Source: Candidatus Berkelbacteria bacterium Licking1014_7 (GTDB lineage Bacteria > Patescibacteriota > UBA1384 > GWA2-35-9 > CG2-30-39-44). Taken from it: 55,473 bases of DNA. The position numbers were made by a program, and so were the translations under genes. Shown here one piece after another: positions 48,687-55,473 of this stretch (its first letter is position 1; the number at the start of each line of letters is the position of its first letter). The notes under the pieces were generated by a model that was given only the letters and a program-made list of their open reading frames with translations, ran no database searches and had not been told where the DNA came from. The stretch lies in NCBI GenBank assembly GCA_007376535.1, contig VMGK01000001.1, forward strand, positions 1-55,473, given 5' to 3'.

Positions 48687-50525
48687 ATGCTGTCTTTTGG
48701 CTCGGACAAAAAAAGTAAATCGTCATTTGGAATTCCTATTGCCGGCTGCGCAATCATCGGCATTATTATTTTATTTCTAAGCGCTTTGGGACTGATTTTC
48801 GGGGGATTGGGGGGGGAGGGTCCAGAGATAAGCGGAGAAATAAAATGTGAAAATATTCCAGAACCGCAACTAATAATATTAACCAAAGCGTCACAAAAAT
48901 GGCAAGTAAAGGTTGAGTTACTGGCAGCGATCGGACAAAAGGAAAGCTCGTTTATTACCGGAGATATCAACCGGAACTGGAATACAGAAGTTAACCAACA
49001 AGGATCTGAAGATCACAAAGGACCTTTTCAATTTGCTGATACCACCTGGCAATCGCAAATAGACACCGCCCACAAACCGCCCCATAGTTCTCTCCTTGAC
49101 GCTGGCGGAGATAGTTACGAGCAGGATTCAACGGGAGCGCCTGACGGAGACGAAAACATCTTTAGTCCCTGGGACAGCGCTTATGGCGCCGCTTTTATGT
49201 TTGCCATGAACGACGTCGATGGCAACATCACTCCCGACACCACAGTAGGACTTAAAAAAATAAAAGACGCTGTCTCAAAATTCCGCAAAGGCGCTGGCTG
49301 GGACGAAGGGGGAAAAGACGATCCGGTTGTAGTTAAATATGTGGACGATGTTTTGCAATTATATTCTCAATATAAATGCACCTACGGCGACTACGGCGAC
49401 GGCGATTTTACCAATCCAGCCTACACCGATTGCCAGAACAAAATTATCAATCGAGCGGTTTTTTATTACAATGACAGCCAACGAAACTCTTCCAAATATG
49501 AATATAATCAAAACAAAAGAACCCAACATCAACCCAATAATAATCCCAAATATTTTGACTGCTCCAGTTTAGTTTCAAAAATCTATCAAGAAGCAGCATT
49601 GTTTCGTAATCAATATGCCACTACTGGATCAATCAGAGATAACCCTTCTAACTATAAACTTAAAAAAAATTCCTTTGATGATCGTTTGGCAGGCGACATT
49701 ATCGTCCATTACTCAAGCCGATCAAATACCGGCCGGCATACCGGTATTTATGTTGGTAAAAATAAATATATTCACATTCCCGGCACAGGAAGAAAAATCA
49801 GCCTCTCCCGCATTCCTGCTGAAAATGCGATTATTGGTTTTTACCGCTCTGAAAAATGCCCAGCATCAAAACCCCAACCAACCAGCAGCACAACCAATTT
49901 TTCCGGCAGAACAGTTGTCATCGACCCCGGACACGGCACCGCTTCAAATAAAAGAGCCAATGAAGATATTCCAAACTGGCAGGTCTCATTAAAATTACAA
50001 TCCGCCTTACAAAACAAAGGGTTTAAGGTTTATTTAACGCATGCTGGCCCTATCAAAAGAGAAAAATTGGGCAACAATGAAGTTGAAGATAATATTACCA
50101 GAGCCAAACGAGCCAATGCCAAAAATCCCCTTTTAACTATTTCTATCCATGGAGACCAGCCCAATGGAGTGGCGCTGATATATTATCCTTATGATCCAAT
50201 CAATAATATCGCAAAATCCAGCAAAATGGCCGCGGAAACTGTTTGGTCTAATTATAAAAACATTCCGCCCATTTCTGAAAGCAAAAAGAAAGGGGCAAAA
50301 AGCGAAGATAGTTTTGACAACCCAACCACGCAAGAAAACAAAAAAGAACACGGTCGAGCGGTTTTAACAAAATCCCTCTACATTGATCATCCAATCATTA
50401 CAATTGAAATGATAAATTTAGACACACAAGGAATAAATTGGATCTCGCAAGAACAGAATCAGCAAAAAATCGCCCAAGCCATTGCCAACGGAATAGAACA
50501 ATACTATCAAAACAATGTTAAGTAG
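48687..50525 (+). CDS. Membrane-anchored triple peptidoglycan hydrolase: lytic transglycosylase-like + NlpC/P60 + amidase_3
   Basis: LAAIGQKESSF..GPFQF..TW; FDCSSLV...GDII...HTGIYVG..YIH; VVIDPGHG...E...ISIHGD...IEM. Confidence 0.85.
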   Translation: MLSFGSDKKSKSSFGIPIAGCAIIGIIILFLSALGLIFGGLGGEGPEISGEIKCENIPEPQLIILTKASQKWQVKVELLAAIGQKESSFITGDINRNWNTEVNQQGSEDHKGPFQFADTTWQSQIDTAHKPPHSSLLDAGGDSYEQDSTGAPDGDENIFSPWDSAYGAAFMFAMNDVDGNITPDTTVGLKKIKDAVSKFRKGAGWDEGGKDDPVVVKYVDDVLQLYSQYKCTYGDYGDGDFTNPAYTDCQNKIINRAVFYYNDSQRNSSKYEYNQNKRTQHQPNNNPKYFDCSSLVSKIYQEAALFRNQYATTGSIRDNPSNYKLKKNSFDDRLAGDIIVHYSSRSNTGRHTGIYVGKNKYIHIPGTGRKISLSRIPAENAIIGFYRSEKCPASKPQPTSSTTNFSGRTVVIDPGHGTASNKRANEDIPNWQVSLKLQSALQNKGFKVYLTHAGPIKREKLGNNEVEDNITRAKRANAKNPLLTISIHGDQPNGVALIYYPYDPINNIAKSSKMAAETVWSNYKNIPPISESKKKGAKSEDSFDNPTTQENKKEHGRAVLTKSLYIDHPIITIEMINLDTQGINWISQEQNQQKIAQAIANGIEQYYQNNVK

Positions 50526-50567
50526 ACATGTCGGTCGTCAGATCGCCATAATTTCTGCGCAAAAAAA

Positions 50568-50594
50568 CGCGACAGAGAAAGTTTCTCTGTCGCG
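50568..50594. terminator. Hairpin between convergent genes
   Basis: cgcgacagagaaa-g-tttctctgtcgcg preceded by A-run. Confidence 0.6.
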
Positions 50595-50614
50595 ATAGAT
50601 CGCGATAGATCGCG

Positions 50615-51625
50615 CTATTGCAAAACATATAATCCGAGATGTTCGCCGCCGAACATCATCACCAAATACAGTTTGTTGTCAAACCATTCCATTGAACAAA
50701 CATAACCAGAAAATGTTGTTTTCTTCAGGGTTTTGCCGGTTTGAATATCTACCCTATACAAAACAGTATCGTTGTGGTCGCCCGGAACAGCCGCAAACAA
50801 ACAATCACCTTTGATGGCAACCTGAAATACATTGCCCGCGCTGCTAAAACTTAATGGCACTCGTTTGTTGGTGTTAATATTATACAAAAAATCAGGATGC
50901 TTCTCGCTTGTAACTAACAAAATATGATTGTTTTTGCTAATGGGTCGGGCTTCACTGAATCCACCAATCTGGTCGTATCTTTTGCTTTTCCCGCTTTGTA
51001 AATCAATTTCAACCAAATTGGTTGTTTCACCCGTCTCCGAAGTCCCATGATAATAAAAACAACGATTACCGGCTAAAAAGCATGTGATGCAAACTGCCGA
51101 AAAATCCTTCTCCAATTTGCGAACTTTATTATTATGCCGTAAGTCGATAGTTCCTAAAAACCCCGTTTGAATGTTTTCATCATAATAATACCCCATCAAA
51201 ACGCCCAAACCAACCCAATTCACATCTTGCCACCATTTGTTTAAGACCTTATATTCCTGGGTGTCTAAATTCAGGTAACCAATTCTGCTTTGATATATTC
51301 TCGTACCACCAATTTCTTCGTAATCATTGTTATCGTTCGCGGAAAAAATCAAACCCGACTTGTAGAGAGCAGAAAATGTTATATAGTGAAAATCTTCAAA
51401 TCTTGCCACAACCTCAATTTTGCCCGACCTTAAATCATAACTTTGGATAACATCAGTATTATTCCTATCCACAAATAACATTAATCCACGGTCAACATCA
51501 AAGCGGGCGTCTCTGAGATTACCCCTGAAGAAAACTGGCTTAATATCATTGGAGAAAACCGCAGTGGCTCCCAACTGATTGATTATCACAAGAAAAATCC
51601 CAGCCAAGGTTTTACACATCGCCAT
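50615..51625 (-). CDS. Exported beta-propeller-like hypothetical protein
   Basis: SD aaggagg; signal-like N-terminus; repeated (Y/I)DL.SGK/TG motifs. Confidence 0.6.
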   Translation of the reverse strand: MAMCKTLAGIFLVIINQLGATAVFSNDIKPVFFRGNLRDARFDVDRGLMLFVDRNNTDVIQSYDLRSGKIEVVARFEDFHYITFSALYKSGLIFSANDNNDYEEIGGTRIYQSRIGYLNLDTQEYKVLNKWWQDVNWVGLGVLMGYYYDENIQTGFLGTIDLRHNNKVRKLEKDFSAVCITCFLAGNRCFYYHGTSETGETTNLVEIDLQSGKSKRYDQIGGFSEARPISKNNHILLVTSEKHPDFLYNINTNKRVPLSFSSAGNVFQVAIKGDCLFAAVPGDHNDTVLYRVDIQTGKTLKKTTFSGYVCSMEWFDNKLYLVMMFGGEHLGLYVLQ

Positions 51626-51680
51626 CCTCCTTGTCAATGTACATTTTCAATATTATAATAATTTGTTATAATAAAGTCAA

Positions 51681-52721
51681 ATGAATAAAGTAAAAATTAT
51701 TATAGTGGCTTTAATCGCTGTTTTATTGATGGCGTTAATAGCGCTGGCTGTTTTTTGGCTGCGCGCCAAAAAATCCCAACCCCAAACACCCAATGACATT
51801 GTTGACGTGTTGCCAAATTTATCCGATAGCGCAAAAAAAATTTTTGACGAACAAATTAATTCATACTGTATAGACAATAGTCAAAACACTTTTTATTTCT
51901 CAACTAACGGAGAACCAGCCAAAATCCAAAAATTAGCCCTTGACAACCCGGCCGGCGGACAGGCGGAAACCATCTTTGTTTCCGATAAAATTAACTACGT
52001 ATCTAATTTGCAATGCAGCCGGAATTTTCTTTTGTTTGAGGCGCAGGATCTTGGATCGCCCGAACAAATCGGCGACAATGTAATTTACCCAAGCAAAAGT
52101 TATTATCTAAGCATTTTAAGCCCGCAACCAAGAAAATTTAACGACAGCATTGAAAATAAAAAAATTTTAGACCAAGATCAAGCGGTTTTTCATTATCTTG
52201 ATGAGAAAAATAATTATTTGGGAAAAATAAATTTTGCCACAGGCGAAACCCAAAAAATAATTGACACTGAATTTGATTTTATTGAACTGCTGCCGGTAGC
52301 CAATCAATTGTTTTTTTATTCAGTACCCAGCGAAGCTGGCTCTTTCACTCACATTTACCGAGTTGACGAAAAACAGCCAGCCGCCTCTCAAATTGATCAA
52401 TTCGATGATTTGGTCTCTGCCGCAGTCGTAGATTCTGACCATTTATTATTGGTTAGATCTAACACATCTTCGCTTTACCAAATATCTAATCAAAAATTTA
52501 CCGATATCAATAATCATACCTGCCAGATTGCTAAAAAATACAACGATTGGCTATATTGCGTTGATCAACCAACCGAAAAATTTACCCTTGCGCAAATCAA
52601 TCTTAGCGACCAGCAAACCAATCAATATCAATTTAACAAACAAATTTTAAGTATAGGCATCATCGGTGATAATATCTATATCGTCGCGATAGACGGTCTC
52701 TATTTGTTTAATAATAATTAG
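51681..52721 (+). CDS. Membrane-anchored beta-rich (propeller-like) protein
   Basis: N-terminal TM; IN..TGE, IYIVAIDGLY patterns. Confidence 0.65.
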   Translation: MNKVKIIIVALIAVLLMALIALAVFWLRAKKSQPQTPNDIVDVLPNLSDSAKKIFDEQINSYCIDNSQNTFYFSTNGEPAKIQKLALDNPAGGQAETIFVSDKINYVSNLQCSRNFLLFEAQDLGSPEQIGDNVIYPSKSYYLSILSPQPRKFNDSIENKKILDQDQAVFHYLDEKNNYLGKINFATGETQKIIDTEFDFIELLPVANQLFFYSVPSEAGSFTHIYRVDEKQPAASQIDQFDDLVSAAVVDSDHLLLVRSNTSSLYQISNQKFTDINNHTCQIAKKYNDWLYCVDQPTEKFTLAQINLSDQQTNQYQFNKQILSIGIIGDNIYIVAIDGLYLFNNN

Positions 52722-52929
52722 TCAGTCCTAACCGAATAATATGTGTTGGTCTTAAACGCACAGGTTTGGATTTTCGCTATAATTTTTTCTGTCATTGCGA
52801 CTCCCACTCAAGCGCAAGATTGCTCGTAATTAGAGAAAAATCAGAAAATTAGAGAGAAATCAAAGAAATCAGTCAAAGAAATCAGGGCCTGAGGAAATTA
52901 GGGCCAGGCCCTGCAAATCTTCCCTGCAA

Positions 52930-53148
52930 ATCTTTAACATTTTAGTGCGACCGCATCAGTTTGTTAAAGATTTTTTATCTAAGATTTGAACCAGCAGCAC
53001 AAAAAATAAGAACAAATATCAGGAGTGGTAAGGATGAAGAGATCTAATCATCTTTAACATTTTAGTGCGACCGCATTGAATTGTTAAAGATTTTTTGTCT
53101 AAGATTTGAGACAGCAATGCAAAAATAAGAACAAATATCAGGAGTGGT
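52930..53148 (+). repeat. Tandem pair of about 100-bp repeats (52930-53029, 53050-53148)
   Basis: atctttaacattttagtgcgaccgcat...tgttaaagat...aagaacaaatatcaggagtggt twice, 120-bp period. Confidence 0.9.
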
Positions 53149-53247
53149 TTTGTCTGTCATTGCGAGAAGTTCTGCGAATGCAGGACGACGAAGCAATCTC
53201 TACACAATCTCTGCTTTTCACACGCACCTGAACAAGGAGGAAGGGAA

Positions 53248-54315
53248 ATGAGAATCCTGAGAATGCATAGAATGATTAACCCTGATAGCGCGGCAAGACC
53301 CTTACCGTCAGATGTTCGCGCAAAAGAGGATATCGGTCAGGTGATTCCGCTTCGCAGACGTAGTTTCTGGTCAACTGAAATTCATTTTTCCACTATTTTG
53401 AAAATGGCTGCGCCTGTTGTGGCTGTGATGCTTTCAGCCATATTCATCCCAATGCTTTTCGGTTGGCTTCCAGTGTTTGGTAGATCAATGGAACCGACTT
53501 TACCGCTAGTTGGCGGATATGTTCATGTTGATCGGAAATGCAACCCGCACCGATTGAAAATCAACGATATTGTTTTACTGAAAGGTAAAACGCTTGGCTA
53601 CTCAGTCAAGCGCGTTAGCAAAATCGATACCAAGCAAGGTCTTTATGTTCTGGGTGACAACATCAATCAATCACTGGATTCTTCTTTTGGCGCTGACAAT
53701 TCTGAAACAATTAAAGATACCTATATTCCGTTTTCAGAATTTGTTGGTCGCGCCACAGATATTTGGTCGCCCCACCGGGCGTGGCGGGTGCGGACAGCCG
53801 AGGGAAAGTTTAAGAACTGGCTGGAACTTCAGTATATCGCAGATCAGATCAAAAAGGTTGATCCACCTTGGGTTGTAGTGGAAACAAACAATGGGGTTAA
53901 AGTGTACCAAACTCCAAATAGGCAATGTTTTGTAAAGGCAAGCGGGGAGTGGCGCTTTAGTTCTCTTGAAAATCAGATTTTAGTTTTAGGTGCTAAGCAA
54001 AAGGCAGCTCGAACTGAAATTGATCTCATAACGAAAGAAACGAAAACATATATAGCTCCAACCCTTCTTACCACAACCACTGTTAGGGCTGTGGTAAAAA
54101 GAAACGAGAAAGGTTTGATACAGCAATCTTTCTTAGTTCCTTTTGAACTTTCAAAGAAATTCAAGGTAAGGTATAAAGAATATGAATATATAGTGCAGGG
54201 TTTTGGGTTGCCATCTATTCCTGAATTTGGAGGCAAACCGGGAACTCAATTCTGTCTGCTTCCACCAATCCAAATATCTTGCAACACTCTGGAGATGGAA
54301 ATCAGCCCATTGTGA
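53248..54315 (+). CDS. S26/S24 signal-peptidase-like protein with C-terminal extension
   Basis: TM then GRSMEPTL (Ser), VKRV (Lys), VLGDN...SLDS; SD aaggagg; terminator 54320-54354. Confidence 0.78.
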   Translation: MRILRMHRMINPDSAARPLPSDVRAKEDIGQVIPLRRRSFWSTEIHFSTILKMAAPVVAVMLSAIFIPMLFGWLPVFGRSMEPTLPLVGGYVHVDRKCNPHRLKINDIVLLKGKTLGYSVKRVSKIDTKQGLYVLGDNINQSLDSSFGADNSETIKDTYIPFSEFVGRATDIWSPHRAWRVRTAEGKFKNWLELQYIADQIKKVDPPWVVVETNNGVKVYQTPNRQCFVKASGEWRFSSLENQILVLGAKQKAARTEIDLITKETKTYIAPTLLTTTTVRAVVKRNEKGLIQQSFLVPFELSKKFKVRYKEYEYIVQGFGLPSIPEFGGKPGTQFCLLPPIQISCNTLEMEISPL

Positions 54316-54385
54316 TTCTAGGCAACCGTTATGCAACGGTTGCCTTTTTCTTTTATTTAATTTGTAAAATGTTATAATTAAATTA

Positions 54386-55473
54386 ATGCAAAAAATTCAT
54401 AATAGATTAAGAACCAAATTGGATTTTTACCATAATTGGCACAATTATAAGTATAGTAGCCATATTCATTTTTTTATTTTAATTATTTTTTTGGCAATAA
54501 TTTTTATGATTATTTTTCTAAAGTTTGAGGGCTTAATAGGTAAAAAAAATAATAATAAAATTTCCGCGTCAGAAAATTCAAAAGCATTAACAGCACAAGC
54601 CGATTGGCAGGCGGGAACTTATGATATGGGCGCAGATTTAATTAATGCTCCAGGAGATATGAAACTTTTTGACGAAGCTGAAGTGGATCCGTCGGTTGGC
54701 TCTTGGACTACGGACGGCGCTGGTAGCTTATCCAGTTTATATGATGGTAATACCGTGACGGGTATAAGTTTAGCCGGCGGCAATTATATACTGCGAGATT
54801 TTGGACAAACCGTCAGCAATATCACTAAATACAGAATATACTTCACCGGTGGACCTGGGGGGACAGTGTTTCCGGGTTTGTGCGGCAAGCCCAAAACGCC
54901 ATTAGCATTTTCTTGTGGCGATCTTGATGGAGATGGAATAGAATGGCTTAACTATGCTACTTTCGGAAACACGAATATGGAACCAGGTGTTTGGAATGAT
55001 AAACTTATCGGACCTTCTGGCCACTCAAAATTGCGTTTAGTGGCTGATGAAAGCTATACTATCACAGAATATGAATTTTATTTTCAGCCCCTCACCGCCA
55101 CCCATACCACCGCTTCCACCCAAATCGGAGATGTTTCCGCTGACCCGGGCAGATATGTTGTGCAATATCAAGGTTTTGATGCCACAGAAACCGAGCCAGC
55201 CAATACAACGATTGATTATCGTGTTCAATTAGTTAATTCCAGCGGTGCTTCTACCAGTGGCTGGACTGCTTGGGCTTCGGGCGATGTTGCCGATCTTACT
55301 ACTACTTATCCCAGCCAGCTCACTCTCACCCAAACCAAACTAGACGCTGGCGAAACCTATCTCCAAGTTCAATCAAAACTCACTTCCACTGATGGAGTTA
55401 GTACTCCTACTCTTTCCGACTACACGGTCAATTATCACACCAACAAAGCGCCGAGCGCTCCAAGCGCGTTGTA
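54386..55473 (+). CDS. Exported surface protein, partial (runs off the window; absent from the ORF track)
   Basis: Hand-translated, open from ATG 54386 to the end: MQKIHNRLRTKLDFYHNWHNYKYSSHIHFFILIIFL...QADWQAG...YLQVQSKLTSTDGVSTPTLSDYTVNY. Confidence 0.82.
   Translation, partial: MQKIHNRLRTKLDFYHNWHNYKYSSHIHFFILIIFLAIIFMIIFLKFEGLIGKKNNNKISASENSKALTAQADWQAGTYDMGADLINAPGDMKLFDEAEVDPSVGSWTTDGAGSLSSLYDGNTVTGISLAGGNYILRDFGQTVSNITKYRIYFTGGPGGTVFPGLCGKPKTPLAFSCGDLDGDGIEWLNYATFGNTNMEPGVWNDKLIGPSGHSKLRLVADESYTITEYEFYFQPLTATHTTASTQIGDVSADPGRYVVQYQGFDATETEPANTTIDYRVQLVNSSGASTSGWTAWASGDVADLTTTYPSQLTLTQTKLDAGETYLQVQSKLTSTDGVSTPTLSDYTVNYHTNKAPSAPSAL

Noticed and set aside
52930-53148. Possible CRISPR array
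   Set aside because: Only two 100-bp units with no repeat-spacer periodicity; no cas genes in the window

Overview
AT-rich chromosomal segment whose gene content (DUF5663-like protein, PrgI/VirB4-type locus with a membrane-anchored Clp-like ATPase, giant FN3 surface protein, several four-helix-bundle genes, abundant palindromic intergenic repeats) points to a Patescibacteria/CPR bacterium (inference, no database search). 1-21 kb is mostly minus-strand envelope/housekeeping: IS end, MacB-type ABC transporter, 1869-aa surface protein, Nramp, rsmA, a REP-flanked Y1 transposase, two GT4s plus a flippase, ZIP, DJ-1, tRNA-Ser. dnaG-rpoD follow at 21.5-24.5 kb. 25-41.6 kb is an accessory region: five sharply GC/C-rich orphan transcription units (consensus promoter, strong SD, hairpin terminator) are interleaved with two MNT-HEPN pairs, an AbiEii-like pair, an RNase J-like gene and MITEs. 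41.7-50.5 kb is a type IV secretion-like locus ending in a triple peptidoglycan hydrolase. Best leads: (i) GC-rich orphan proteins carrying an FtsZ-tail-like [LV]P[DE][FYW]L[RQ] motif, (ii) four-helix-bundle elements present in matched gene-carrying and gene-less forms, (iii) boxA-like motifs in orphan leaders, (iv) a shared His/Trp N-terminal motif on exported proteins.
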